NCBI GenBank assembly: GCA_965242925.1
Contig: CBDEUM010000014.1
Coordinates: forward strand, 288,001 to 352,000
Length of the DNA stretch: 64,000 bases
Reading direction: 5' to 3'
DNA from: Roseibacillus sp.
GTDB lineage: Bacteria > Verrucomicrobiota > Verrucomicrobiia > Verrucomicrobiales > Akkermansiaceae
Shown here: in pieces, positions 1 to 10,060 of the stretch
Layout: every line of letters starts with the position of its first letter
Position numbering within the stretch: the stretch's first letter is position 1
Made by a program: the position numbers and the translations under genes
Notes under the pieces: generated by a model
Told to the model about the DNA's origin: nothing
Seen by the model: only the letters and a program-made list of their open reading frames with translations
Database searches by the model: none

Positions 1-2
1 TG

Positions 3-578
3 TTGTGGCGCCGGCACCCAAGACGCCTTGAGGCCGAGATCCTGCGTGACTCGATCATGAACACGGCGGGAACACTTAATCGCAATCTTTACGGGCCGAG
101 TGTCAAGCCCTGGGTCTCCAATGACGCGATCAAGACCGGGTCCACGAACAAATGGCCGACCAATGTGAAGGACAGACCGGAGACCTGGCGTCGCAGTATT
201 TATGTGTTCATGCGCCGCTCCATGCGCGTACCGTTTTTTGAAACCTTTGATGTTCCTGATGCAATGCAAAGTCGCGGTGTGCGCGAACAGACCACGGTGG
301 CCACGCAGGCCCTGCTCCTGCTGAACAACAAGTTCGTGCGTGACCAGGCTGGTCATTTTGCGGCGCGAGTTGTCGCTGCGGCAAAGGATCCCAATTCCCC
401 GGACGGCGGGAAGAACCTGCAGGCAATTGTCGAGGAGGCTTATTGGCTGGCGTTCTCCCGCGGCCCAACCAGGGAGGAGCTTGATCTCAGCGTTGATCTT
501 CTTTCCCAGGAGGGCCAGAATATTGAGAATTTCTGCCATATTCTTTTTACCCTGAATGAATTTGCTTATGTTGACTGA
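3..578 (+). CDS. DUF1553 (PSD1-type) domain protein, C-terminal part; 5' end lies outside the window
   Basis: RRLEAEILRDS, RRSIY, FETFDVPD and QALLLLN motifs; ends NEFAYVD directly before a DUF1501 gene, the usual PVC pairing. Confidence 0.85.
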   Translation: MWRRHPRRLEAEILRDSIMNTAGTLNRNLYGPSVKPWVSNDAIKTGSTNKWPTNVKDRPETWRRSIYVFMRRSMRVPFFETFDVPDAMQSRGVREQTTVATQALLLLNNKFVRDQAGHFAARVVAAAKDPNSPDGGKNLQAIVEEAYWLAFSRGPTREELDLSVDLLSQEGQNIENFCHILFTLNEFAYVD

Positions 579-579
579 G

Positions 580-2019
580 ATGCAGGGAAGTGCCGGCCTG
601 ATGACGCGACGAGATGTTCTTGCCCGTGCCGGATGCGGATTTGGATCGCTGGCCCTCGCCGGGCTGATGTCTGAACAGGACTTGTTGGCCAGCCCGGTGG
701 CAACGGCCGGAGAGTCCCAGTTGCCGCTGTCATCAAGGTCCCCTCAATTTCCCTGTCGCGCCAAGAGTGTCATCTTCCTCTTCATGTATGGCGGGCCGAG
801 TCATGTGGACCTTTTCGACTACAAGCCGGATCTGGCGAAACACGCCGGAAAAAAGGTTGGGGAAGTGGTCGATACAAAGGGGGCGCGCAGCAGTGGCGGG
901 CTTTTCCCTTCACCTTACAAGTTTACGCGTCATGGACAGAGCGGTCACTGGGCATCCGACCGTTATCCTCACCTCTCCCGCGTGATCGACCACACTGCGA
1001 TGCTGCGTGGGGTATATGGGCATTCGATTAGCCATGCCCCGGCGCTTTTTGAACTCAATACCGGGATGATTCGCACTGGCTTTCCAAGCTTGGGATCTTG
1101 GGTGACCTATGGACTCGGCACTGACAACCAGGACCTGCCCGGGTTCGTGGTAATGTATGATTACCGCGGCGGCCCGATCGGGGGTGCCCCCAACTGGGGA
1201 TCGGGCTTTCTTCCCGGTGCCTTCCAGGGAACCCCGGTGCGCTCAAAAGGCACCCCGATTCTCAACCTCAACAAGCCGGAGAAACTAGGGGACCTCCAGC
1301 AGCGGCAACTGCTTGATTATGCAGGCACGCTCAATCGCCGGCACGGGGCGAACCATCCTGCTGATAATGCACTCGAGGCTCGTATTGAGGCCTTTGAGCT
1401 TGCCTACCGGATGCAGGCGGCAGCTCCCGAGGCTCTTGATATCTCTCGGGAGAATGACGCGACCAGGAAACTTTACGGCATTGAGCCCGGCAATCCCGGA
1501 GAGTATTTCGGCAGCCAGTGCCTGATGGCCAGGCGCCTTGTCGAGCGTGGCGTGCGCTTTGTGCAACTCTATTCAGGTGGCGGGCATGGAGACAACAACT
1601 GGGATGCCCATGGCAACATCACCGGTAACCATAACAAGCACTGCGCGGCAACGGATCAACCCATGGCGGGATTGCTCAGGGATCTGGAACAACGGGGGCT
1701 CCTTGATGACACCCTGGTGGTGTGGGGCGGGGAATTCGGACGCACGCCGCACAAGCAGGGAGGCAGTGGTCGCGATCATCATCCTTTCGGCTTCACCATG
1801 TGGATGGCTGGGGGGGGTATCAAGGGGGGGACAAACTACGGCGAAACCGACGAGATCGGCTACCATGCCGCGGTTGACCGCACATCCGTCCATGACGTGC
1901 ATGCCACAATTCTTCACCTGATGGGAATCGACCACGAGCAGCTTACCTATCATTTCAGCGGGCGTGATTTCCGGTTGACGGATGTCGCAGGGAAGGTGAT
2001 CAACAAGATTATTGCCTGA
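580..2019 (+). CDS. DUF1501 domain protein (sulfatase-like fold, Tat-like leader)
   Basis: TRRDVL leader, AKSVIFLFMYGGPSHVDLFDYKP, ARRLVERGVRFVQL, WGGEFGRTP; start at ATG 580 chosen (ORF opens at 556). Confidence 0.9.
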   Translation: MQGSAGLMTRRDVLARAGCGFGSLALAGLMSEQDLLASPVATAGESQLPLSSRSPQFPCRAKSVIFLFMYGGPSHVDLFDYKPDLAKHAGKKVGEVVDTKGARSSGGLFPSPYKFTRHGQSGHWASDRYPHLSRVIDHTAMLRGVYGHSISHAPALFELNTGMIRTGFPSLGSWVTYGLGTDNQDLPGFVVMYDYRGGPIGGAPNWGSGFLPGAFQGTPVRSKGTPILNLNKPEKLGDLQQRQLLDYAGTLNRRHGANHPADNALEARIEAFELAYRMQAAAPEALDISRENDATRKLYGIEPGNPGEYFGSQCLMARRLVERGVRFVQLYSGGGHGDNNWDAHGNITGNHNKHCAATDQPMAGLLRDLEQRGLLDDTLVVWGGEFGRTPHKQGGSGRDHHPFGFTMWMAGGGIKGGTNYGETDEIGYHAAVDRTSVHDVHATILHLMGIDHEQLTYHFSGRDFRLTDVAGKVINKIIA

Positions 2020-2203
2020 GCAGCGGTTTGCCCGGGATGGATGTTCATGCCGAGCCCCTGAAAGGCATTTCCTTTCACAACCCATCCCCTCACCGCGGCC
2101 CCCGGCCCAGGATGGGAGGGGCAATCCTGATCGGCACGGTGACAATGGACAATCTCCGCACGAAGGAACGGGCCTGTAAATGCGTACCCGCCGTCTGCGG
2201 TAA

Positions 2204-3400
2204 TTAAATGACGCCCAGCTCCCGGCCGGTTCTGGCAAAGGCCTCCACCGCGAGATCGAGGTGCTCCCGGGTGTGGGCCGCCGAAACCTGCGTACGGATG
2301 CGCGCGGTATCCTGCGGAACCACGGGGTAAAAGAAGCCAACCGCGTAGACCCCGCGCTCAAGGAGTTTCTCCGCGAAGCGCTGCGACAGAGCGGCATCGC
2401 CCAGCATAACGGGCGTGATGGGGTGATCGGCGCCTGCTATCCGGAAACCCGTCTGGGCCATGGCTTCCCGGAAATAGGCGGTGTTGTCCTTTACGCGGTC
2501 GGCCAACTCGGTTGAGGACTCCAGCAACTCGAAAACCTTGAGCGACGCGGCCGCGATGGCTGGAGCCAGGCTGTTAGAGAACAGGTAGGGGCGAGAACGC
2601 TGGCGCAGCAGATCAATGATCTCCCTGCGTCCCGAGGTGTAGCCCCCCGAAGCACCCCCGAGCGCCTTGCCCAGAGTGGAGGTGGTGAGGTCGATCTTGC
2701 CGAAAAGACCGCAATGCTCGTGCGTGCCACGCCCCCTCGACCCCAGAAATCCGGTGGCGTGACAGTCATCGAAATGCACGAGCGCGTCATACCTGGCAGC
2801 CAGTTCGTGAATACCATCGAGCTGCGCGATCACCCCATCCATGGAAAATACCCCGTCGGAAGTGATCAGTTTCTGACGAGCTCCGGCAGCCTCCGCCTCC
2901 TGCAACCTGGCTTCAAGATCGGACAGGTCGTTGTTGTCATAGCGATAGCGCTGCGCCTTGCAGAGCCGGACGCCATCGATGATGGAGGCGTGATTGAGAC
3001 TGTCGGAAATAACGGCATCCTCGGCGGTGAGAAGCGTCTCAAAGAGCCCTCCATTGGCGTCAAAACAGGAGGGATAGAGGATGGTGTCTTCGGTGCCCAG
3101 AAAAGCAGTGATGGTGTCCTCCAGCTGGCGATGCACGCTCTGGCTGCCACAGATGAACCGCACCGACGCCGTCCCGAATCCCCAGCGCTCCAGGGCCGCA
3201 CGGGCTGCCTCCACCACCTCGGGATGGTCAGCCAGTCCCAGGTAATTGTTGGCGCACATATTGAGGACTTCACGCCCGTCCTGCAGCGTGATGAGGGCAC
3301 TCTGTGGGGAGCCTATGAAACGCTCCTGCTTGTAGAGACCCGCCTGCTTGATCTCCCCGAGAGTGCGGTGGAGTCGGGATTGGAGGGCGGTGGAAAACAC
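2204..3400 (-). CDS. kbl: glycine C-acetyltransferase (2-amino-3-ketobutyrate CoA ligase)
   Basis: [58 protein letters not shown]. Confidence 0.95.
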   Translation of the reverse strand: MFSTALQSRLHRTLGEIKQAGLYKQERFIGSPQSALITLQDGREVLNMCANNYLGLADHPEVVEAARAALERWGFGTASVRFICGSQSVHRQLEDTITAFLGTEDTILYPSCFDANGGLFETLLTAEDAVISDSLNHASIIDGVRLCKAQRYRYDNNDLSDLEARLQEAEAAGARQKLITSDGVFSMDGVIAQLDGIHELAARYDALVHFDDCHATGFLGSRGRGTHEHCGLFGKIDLTTSTLGKALGGASGGYTSGRREIIDLLRQRSRPYLFSNSLAPAIAAASLKVFELLESSTELADRVKDNTAYFREAMAQTGFRIAGADHPITPVMLGDAALSQRFAEKLLERGVYAVGFFYPVVPQDTARIRTQVSAAHTREHLDLAVEAFARTGRELGVI

Positions 3401-3543
3401 AGCTGGATTAGAACGCCTAATTCGACCGAATGAACGCGAATTCTTGCTGATTTATCCGGTTCTCGTCATTTGCACGACAGGACCCATGAACAGGGGCCCG
3501 CCCTGCCCTTCGTCGGCCCTCGGGCCCCGCAAGCCGACTCATT

Positions 3544-4767
3544 CTATGCCGGAGCACTGTCCAGACCAAACACCGCATGCACCACGCGGGCCGCATCTTC
3601 AATCCGCGTTTCCTCCACCGTGATCGAAATCTTGATCTCGGAAGTGCTGATCATTCCGATGTTGATCCCGCCCTCGCCCAGAGCCTTGAACATCTGGGCC
3701 GCCACTCCGGAGTGCGAGCGCATCCCGATGCCGACCACTGAGAGTTTCGCGATGCCCGCCTCGGTCTCAAGGTTGGCATCCCCGCCCAGTTCAGAGAGAA
3801 CCGGCTTGAGCGCAGCCTGGGCCCGTCCGAGATCGTTGGTGTGCATCGTGAACGAATGGCGGGCGTAGCCATCGTGCGCAATATTGGAAACGATCATGTC
3901 GATATTGATCTCATCGTCTCCCAGCACACCGAGGATGCGGCCGGACATTCCTGGTTCGTCGGGGATGCCCGTGATGGTAACGCGGGCTTGGGAGCGCTCG
4001 ATGGAGACTCCTCGGATGACGACAGCTTCCATGGCTTCGTGTTCTTCTGTCACAATAGTACCGGGGTTGTTGTTGAGGGAGGAACGGACTTCAAATTTCA
4101 CGCCGTACTTCTTGGCGAATTCAACTGAGCGCGACTGCATCACCTTAGTGCCGACAGAGGCGAGTTCGAGAAGTTCGTCGTAGGAAATCTCGGGGAGTTT
4201 GCGCGCATCCGGCACCACGCGTGGATCAGCACTGTAGACCCCATCGACATCGGTGAGGATCTGACACAGGTCGGCATTGATCGATGAGGCGAAGGCGATT
4301 GCAGAGAGGTCTGATCCCCCGCGACCGAGGGTCTGGATCAGACCTTCTTCGTTGATCCCCTGGAACCCTGCCACAATGACCACCTTGCCTTCCATCAGGT
4401 AGCGTTGGCTGAGAGTGGAGTCGATGGTTTCGAGCCGCGCCCTGGTGTGAGAACCGGAGGTCTTCATTCCGGCCTGGCGACCGGTGATGGAGACCGCTTT
4501 CACTCCGATCTGGTTGAGAGCCATGGTCACCAGGGCGATGGACTGCTGCTCGCCGGTCGAGATCAGGACATCCATTTCGCGATCGGGCGGCTCCTCGCAG
4601 ATTTCCTGCGCCATGGCGATGAGCTTGTCGGTGACCCCTCCCATGGCCGACACCACCACCGCAACTTCGTTCCCTTCATCCAGAAGGGACTTGATGCGTC
4701 TGGCGACATTCCGGATGCGCTCAAAGGAGTCGACCGAGGTGCCGCCGTATTTCTGAACGATGAGCAT
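3544..4767 (-). CDS. lysC: aspartate kinase with ACT domains
   Basis: MLIVQKYGGTSV start, TLGRGGSDLSA, TDVDGVYSADPR, C-terminal GIGMRSHSGVA and STSEIKIS. Confidence 0.95.
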   Translation of the reverse strand: MLIVQKYGGTSVDSFERIRNVARRIKSLLDEGNEVAVVVSAMGGVTDKLIAMAQEICEEPPDREMDVLISTGEQQSIALVTMALNQIGVKAVSITGRQAGMKTSGSHTRARLETIDSTLSQRYLMEGKVVIVAGFQGINEEGLIQTLGRGGSDLSAIAFASSINADLCQILTDVDGVYSADPRVVPDARKLPEISYDELLELASVGTKVMQSRSVEFAKKYGVKFEVRSSLNNNPGTIVTEEHEAMEAVVIRGVSIERSQARVTITGIPDEPGMSGRILGVLGDDEINIDMIVSNIAHDGYARHSFTMHTNDLGRAQAALKPVLSELGGDANLETEAGIAKLSVVGIGMRSHSGVAAQMFKALGEGGINIGMISTSEIKISITVEETRIEDAARVVHAVFGLDSAPA

Positions 4768-5008
4768 GAGAAACAAGGGGTTGCCCTGCCTGCATCCATC
4801 GGCCCCGTCATGGAGGGACGGGAGCGACGTATTGCGTAGCCAGAGCGCTGACGGGTTAGCGGTCCCCGACGGCGAGGGCAAGCTTCAGTTCCCCCTTTTA
4901 CCTTCCGGGCATCCTCGCCACCGTCTCGGGAAAGCTGGCCCATCTCCGGGACGGGCACTCCCGTCAGCTGCCGGGCTGGAAATTCGAGATCCCTCGATGC
5001 CGGATCGT

Positions 5009-6025
5009 CTACTTCGCCAACGGCACGATCGGCGTCTCCCACCCTGCCATGTCTGCGGGCCTGGTTCCCGGTTTGCGCCGACCCCCGCCCCTGCCCCAGG
5101 TCGGATTGAAGGGACCAACCAGGCGGACCTCGGCCCCGGGAACGATCTGGTCCTCCAGTCCCACCGCCCAGAAACACCCATTGATGAGAAGCCGACGGTA
5201 GCCTTCGCTGAGAATGTCATTGGAGGCCCCGTAGGTGCTGGTGAAAACACGTCCCTGCTTTCCCGACTTGCCCCGGTAGCTCCGTGTCCAGGCCCCGGGC
5301 ACAGGAGGCATTTTCTGGTTGGGCGGGGAGTCCGGCGTCATCCCCTGCAAGGGTTGGGCCATGGCGAGAACGGTGCTGGGGGCAAGGGGAGCCGCCTTGT
5401 AACCGCCGCATTGGGCCCACATGTCCTTTACACCCCGCAGGATGGGGTGATCCTTCTGGTCCGGCACGATATCGAGGCGGGTACTCTGTCGATGGTTGCC
5501 GCCGTAGTGACCGGCCCACTTCTCGCCCAAAACCTGGCGGCCCCAACCGCCCTTGTATTCCTCTCCACCATAACCGTTACCGTACTTGGCCCACTTGCTG
5601 TTGCCCGGGATCTGGAACCCATGAGTGGCCGTGCGCAGGCCGACAATGGGCCCTCCCCGGTCCAGGTAATCGACAAAGTGCTGCATCTGCTCGTCGGGCC
5701 AGTTCTGGAAGCGGGTGAAGACCACCATGAGATCTGCCGCCTTAAGAGCCTCCAGGCCCGGGACATTGGAATGCCCCGGGACAATCTCCCCCTTGTCGTT
5801 CACTCCGAAGAGGACGGTACATTTGAACCCATGATGCCTGGCCAGGATCCGCGCGAGGGCGGGAAGAGTTTCCTCCGATTTGTACTCATGGTCACTGGCG
5901 ATAAAGACGAGGTGCTTGCCCTTCCCCGCTCCCCTGGAACCTTCATACACGAGTGGACCGGCTGAAACAGTCAAGGTCAGCAGGGCAGGGAGGGCGACGG
6001 ACGAGAGCAGATAGGCAATCTTCAT
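5009..6025 (-). CDS. secreted ThuA-like (class I glutamine amidotransferase fold) protein
   Basis: Signal peptide, HLVFIASDHEYKSEE, GLRTATHGF, GRVFTSTYGA, LLINGCFWA. Confidence 0.75.
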   Translation of the reverse strand: MKIAYLLSSVALPALLTLTVSAGPLVYEGSRGAGKGKHLVFIASDHEYKSEETLPALARILARHHGFKCTVLFGVNDKGEIVPGHSNVPGLEALKAADLMVVFTRFQNWPDEQMQHFVDYLDRGGPIVGLRTATHGFQIPGNSKWAKYGNGYGGEEYKGGWGRQVLGEKWAGHYGGNHRQSTRLDIVPDQKDHPILRGVKDMWAQCGGYKAAPLAPSTVLAMAQPLQGMTPDSPPNQKMPPVPGAWTRSYRGKSGKQGRVFTSTYGASNDILSEGYRRLLINGCFWAVGLEDQIVPGAEVRLVGPFNPTWGRGGGRRKPGTRPADMAGWETPIVPLAK

Positions 6026-6221
6026 GAGTCCAAAACTAGAATCCTGCATGGAGCTTCTGCAAGCTCTCTTGACCTCATGAAATGGTGAGTTGCCCGCTGG
6101 CACAGACCCATTTCCCACTGCAAATGGGACAATTGGGGTATGGAGGAGCGGAATTGTAGGCTTGCAAGTGGGTTGTGCAGGGGGTGGGTTATCTCAGGTC
6201 ACGCTTCCGCGCCCTCCTCCC

Positions 6222-6998
6222 ATGAACAATCGTCGCAGATCCAATCCGGCCCTCCGCTCCGGGAAGTCACGCATGATGGAGATCCTTGTCGGGGCCGCCG
6301 TGCTGGTCATCGCCATCGGCATCGGCACGACCGTCCTGAACTCTGGAAAGATCAAGCGGAGCAAGGCCGAAGCCCTCCAGAAGATGAGTCGCATCGGTGA
6401 GGCCCTGAGGGGGTATCTCGATGACAACAATGGTGAATTTCCCCTTGAGGACGCCCCCGGCAAGGATGACTGGCTCAATGCCGCCAAGCCAGAGGCCGAG
6501 ACGGTCTGGTACAATGCCCTCACAAAGCAGATCGCCGCGACCCCGGTAAGCGAACTGGGCGACAACCCCGCCTCGCAATTCTACCAGAGGAGCTATCCCC
6601 TTTTCCTCTCCGGTGCGGCCTATCCGAAGACCAAAAAGGAAGGAAAGCCCTATTTCGCCTTCGGGTTCAACAGCAGCCTGCAGGTCAAGGCCGAAGACGG
6701 AACCGAGACCCCCGCCAATCTCGCCGGCATCCAGCATCAGGACCGAACCGTGGCCTTTCTTGAACGCGGGGTGAAGAAGGGCGAGAAGACCAACAAGCTC
6801 CAGGGCGGATTTGATGGTGGATCCAAGGCCAATGCCAAGAATTTCGTGGGCCGCTACAAGGGCAAGGGCCACATCCTGTTCATCGATGGCCACGTGGAGG
6901 AGTTCAGCTTCGAGGATCTCACCGATGCCATGGGTCAGGCCGTCAACGGCCAGGCCAATGTCTACTGGACCGGTGATCCCGACAGTCGGCCCAACTAG
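6222..6998 (+). CDS. prepilin-like protein with H-X9-DG-type C-terminal motif
   Basis: N-terminal EILVGAAVLVIAIG hydrophobic helix; C-terminal RYKGKGHILFIDGHV; start uncertain. Confidence 0.65.
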   Translation: MNNRRRSNPALRSGKSRMMEILVGAAVLVIAIGIGTTVLNSGKIKRSKAEALQKMSRIGEALRGYLDDNNGEFPLEDAPGKDDWLNAAKPEAETVWYNALTKQIAATPVSELGDNPASQFYQRSYPLFLSGAAYPKTKKEGKPYFAFGFNSSLQVKAEDGTETPANLAGIQHQDRTVAFLERGVKKGEKTNKLQGGFDGGSKANAKNFVGRYKGKGHILFIDGHVEEFSFEDLTDAMGQAVNGQANVYWTGDPDSRPN

Positions 6999-7052
6999 GG
7001 GAAGCGGGGGGCAAATCAAGGTGGCCGCGTGATCTGGAGACCGTGGCAGGGC

Positions 7053-8378
7053 CTATAGCGTCTCAATACGGAAGACCACGGGACGCTCCGTCACGCAGTC
7101 GAGGGATTCGATCTTCTTCAGGGCCCCCTTGAGAATTCCAAAAGGGCAGGTGTGTAGAAGGAAAACCATGTCGACGAACTCCGCATCAGGCTGGGCGGGA
7201 TCAACCGGAGAGTGGGTTCCACTGATTCCGATGCCGGCCTCAGCCAGCAACGAGGCGATATCGGCCACCACGCCAGGGCGATCGGTCACCGGGAAGCGCA
7301 CATAGTAAGCGGTCTCGGTCTCGTCGATGGGCTTGAGGGTTCCCTTTTCCCGATAGGGCAGGAACCCACGGTGGCCGGATCCCCTGCCCTGCCGCAGAAA
7401 GCGCCCCGCTTCCACCAGATCGGCCACTACCGAAGAGGCGGTGGGATCCTGTCCCGCACCCCGTCCGTAGAAGAGCGCATCGCCAATCCCGTCCCCCCGC
7501 ACCGCCACCGCATTGAAAACGTCATTAACCGAGGCGAGAATGTGCGAATTTGGGATAAAGGAAGGCTGAGTACGGATCTCGATGGACCCGTCCCCGTGTT
7601 CGCGCACGATGCACAGGAGCTTCACCACATAACCGAGATCCTTGGCGAAGCGGATGTCGAGCGGCCGAACGTACTCGATTCCGCGAACGTAGACCTGTTC
7701 CGCATCAATGAGGAATCCATGGACAATCGTCCCCAGCAGAATCGCCTTGTGGGCAGCATCCCATCCATTGACATCGAGAGTTTCGTCAACCTCGGCGTAG
7801 CCCAGTTCCTTGGCTTCCCTGAGCGCGGCGGGATAATCGAGCTCCCCCTCCGTCATGCGCATGAGAATGTAGTTTGAGGTGCCGTTAATGATCCCGGTTA
7901 TCGAACTGACCCGATTGCCCACCAGGGATTCCTGCACCGCCTTGATGATGGGAATCCCTCCCGCCACCGCCGCTTCGAAATGGATGGGGGTGTCGTGTTC
8001 ACGGGAGAGCGCAAACAGATCACCTCCCCGCTCTGCCAGAAGCGCCTTGTTGCCAGTGACCACCGGCTTGCCGGCCGTGAGCGCCGCGGCTACCAGTTCG
8101 TAGGCCGCGTCCGTTCCACCGATCAACTCCACCACCACATCCACGGAGGGATCTTCAACCATCAGACGCCAGTCGGTCGTAAAGAGCTCAGCTGGCGCGG
8201 TTGCTTCCCGCGCCTTCCCAGGATCCCTTACGACAATCCGGCGGATCTCAAACTTCAACCCGTCTCCGGCGCGATCCGCAATCAGGTCTCCGCTGCGCGC
8301 CAGGGTATTCCAGACCCCGGATCCGACCGTGCCGAATCCTGCCAGGCCAACGCCGATGGTGTCGCAGCTCGCGCTCAC
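7053..8378 (-). CDS. hom: homoserine dehydrogenase with ACT domain
   Basis: GLAGFGTVGSG, VVTGNKALLA, FEAAVAGGIPII, GIINGTSNYIL, YGRGAG; GTG start near 8378. Confidence 0.95.
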   Translation of the reverse strand: MSASCDTIGVGLAGFGTVGSGVWNTLARSGDLIADRAGDGLKFEIRRIVVRDPGKAREATAPAELFTTDWRLMVEDPSVDVVVELIGGTDAAYELVAAALTAGKPVVTGNKALLAERGGDLFALSREHDTPIHFEAAVAGGIPIIKAVQESLVGNRVSSITGIINGTSNYILMRMTEGELDYPAALREAKELGYAEVDETLDVNGWDAAHKAILLGTIVHGFLIDAEQVYVRGIEYVRPLDIRFAKDLGYVVKLLCIVREHGDGSIEIRTQPSFIPNSHILASVNDVFNAVAVRGDGIGDALFYGRGAGQDPTASSVVADLVEAGRFLRQGRGSGHRGFLPYREKGTLKPIDETETAYYVRFPVTDRPGVVADIASLLAEAGIGISGTHSPVDPAQPDAEFVDMVFLLHTCPFGILKGALKKIESLDCVTERPVVFRIETL

Positions 8379-8782
8379 AGCAGAGCGATAGCGGATGGAG
8401 GGAGAAGCGCAAAGACCCAAAGGTGCAAAAGGTCCACCGAATCCCGGCAAACGGGGGTCATCAGCAGAAAGACGGCAGCGACCTGATTACGCCCTCCACA
8501 CGCATCCGGCAGACGGACTACGCGTTACTGATTGAAGAAATCCCGAATTCAGTGGAGCCCCAGGGAGTGGCGGAAGCGTTCCCAGCCACGCGCCCGGGAA
8601 GATTCGACTACCGCCGGAAGGGACCAGAAAACCAGTTCTTCCGTTGATATCGGAAGCCGCCGCGGCCTGGTCCAGACACCTTTTCAGGCGCCTTATCGGG
8701 AAACTCCGGGGGTTTTGAGCAATATAATCGCTTTTGTCTGAATTGAGGCCGCGCTCCGTGGCGTTATACTGAACAGGACCGC

Positions 8783-10060
8783 ATGAGTATCGATTCACGT
8801 TATACTTGGGATTCCGCCCGCATGGGAGCTGGCCGCTACCAGGGTTCCCGCCGCCGGAAATTCGGCTTCTGGGTCCTGCTCGCGGTGAGTGCGGCGGTGC
8901 TAATCCATGCGGTTGGGCTCTGGGCCCTTGGTCGCTTTAATCTCCTGTTCGAACTGGCTGACTTCGAATGGACTTCCCAGACCTTCCAGGTGGGCGAAAT
9001 CGAGGAACTGCCCGAAGAGGTTGTGGCGCCCGTGGCTGAAAACGAAACAATCGAGCCGCCGAAGGAGGCGGAAGATCTCCTCACCGAGATCGAAGAGCTC
9101 ATCCCTGAACTTGACGACACCGAGATCGATATCGTCCCCGACCTGGAAAAACCCAAGGTGGCGCTCGAGCCACTCAAGCCGGCAAAGATCGGGGAGGAGA
9201 ACGGTCAACTCCTCGAACCGCTCAAGGCTCCGGAGGTGCAGGCCAACCTTGCGGAACTCGGACGTAATGAACCAATATTCACCGAAGTCCCCGAAGGCCG
9301 GGTGATCATCGAGGAAGGCAGCATCTCCGCCGATATCCCCGATCCCGATTCCTTCCTCAAGGACGCTGCGGTCCGTGGTGCAAACGGACTGGAAGAAAAC
9401 GGTCTGATGAAGGGCTACACCGAGTTAGGCCGCTACCTCAACTTCGATGTCGACCAGCTCGACAAGGGCCGGGCCGCACTCCCGAGTGACCTCCTCTTCG
9501 AGTTCAACAGGGCCGAACTCCGGCAAAATGCCAGGCTCGGTCTCATGAAGCTCGGCATGCTCATTGACCGCAACCCGGAAATGTACTGCATCCTGGAGGG
9601 ACACTCGGATCTCTTCGGCACTGATTCCTACAACCTTGAACTCTCACACAAACGCGCACAGGCTGTGAAGAACTGGCTGGTCAGTTCCCTTGGTCTCGAC
9701 AGCACCCACATCATCGTCCGTGCCTACGGCCGCTCCAAGCCAAAGGTCCAGGAAGGCGACCAGGACCAGCAGGCCATCAACCGGCGCGTCGACATTCTCA
9801 TGCGTAAGCAGATCCCCCCTGAGGAGGTCGTCCCGGTGCGGGTCACTCCGAGAGTGCGGCCTCCTGTCGCTGTCCCGCCGAAGGCCCTGCCCGTCCCCGA
9901 GGAGCCCCCAGCCCCTCCGCCGGCACCGGCCCAACCAGTGCCGGAAGAACCGCCACCGCGGGCCATCCCGGTGGAGGAGGAAATCCCTCCGCGTGCCGTT
10001 CCGATTCCCGAACGCATCCCCCCGCCTCAACCGGTCGAGCAGATCAGGGACGCTCCGTAA
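8783..10060 (+). CDS. membrane-anchored OmpA-family (peptidoglycan-binding) protein with Pro-rich tail
   Basis: N-terminal TM helix; LLFEFNRAEL, EGHSD...YNLELSHKRAQAV, NRRVDI; Pro/Glu-rich C-terminus. Confidence 0.85.
   Translation: MSIDSRYTWDSARMGAGRYQGSRRRKFGFWVLLAVSAAVLIHAVGLWALGRFNLLFELADFEWTSQTFQVGEIEELPEEVVAPVAENETIEPPKEAEDLLTEIEELIPELDDTEIDIVPDLEKPKVALEPLKPAKIGEENGQLLEPLKAPEVQANLAELGRNEPIFTEVPEGRVIIEEGSISADIPDPDSFLKDAAVRGANGLEENGLMKGYTELGRYLNFDVDQLDKGRAALPSDLLFEFNRAELRQNARLGLMKLGMLIDRNPEMYCILEGHSDLFGTDSYNLELSHKRAQAVKNWLVSSLGLDSTHIIVRAYGRSKPKVQEGDQDQQAINRRVDILMRKQIPPEEVVPVRVTPRVRPPVAVPPKALPVPEEPPAPPPAPAQPVPEEPPPRAIPVEEEIPPRAVPIPERIPPPQPVEQIRDAP

Noticed and set aside
4768..5008. Lysine riboswitch or attenuator upstream of lysC
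   Set aside because: No recognisable riboswitch consensus, leader peptide or terminator by eye; an Rfam scan would be needed
8450..8798. Small ORFs between hom and the OmpA gene (8201-8647 +, 8532-8741 +, 8487-8798 -)
   Set aside because: No convincing start, ribosome-binding site or recognisable motif; more likely a divergent promoter region
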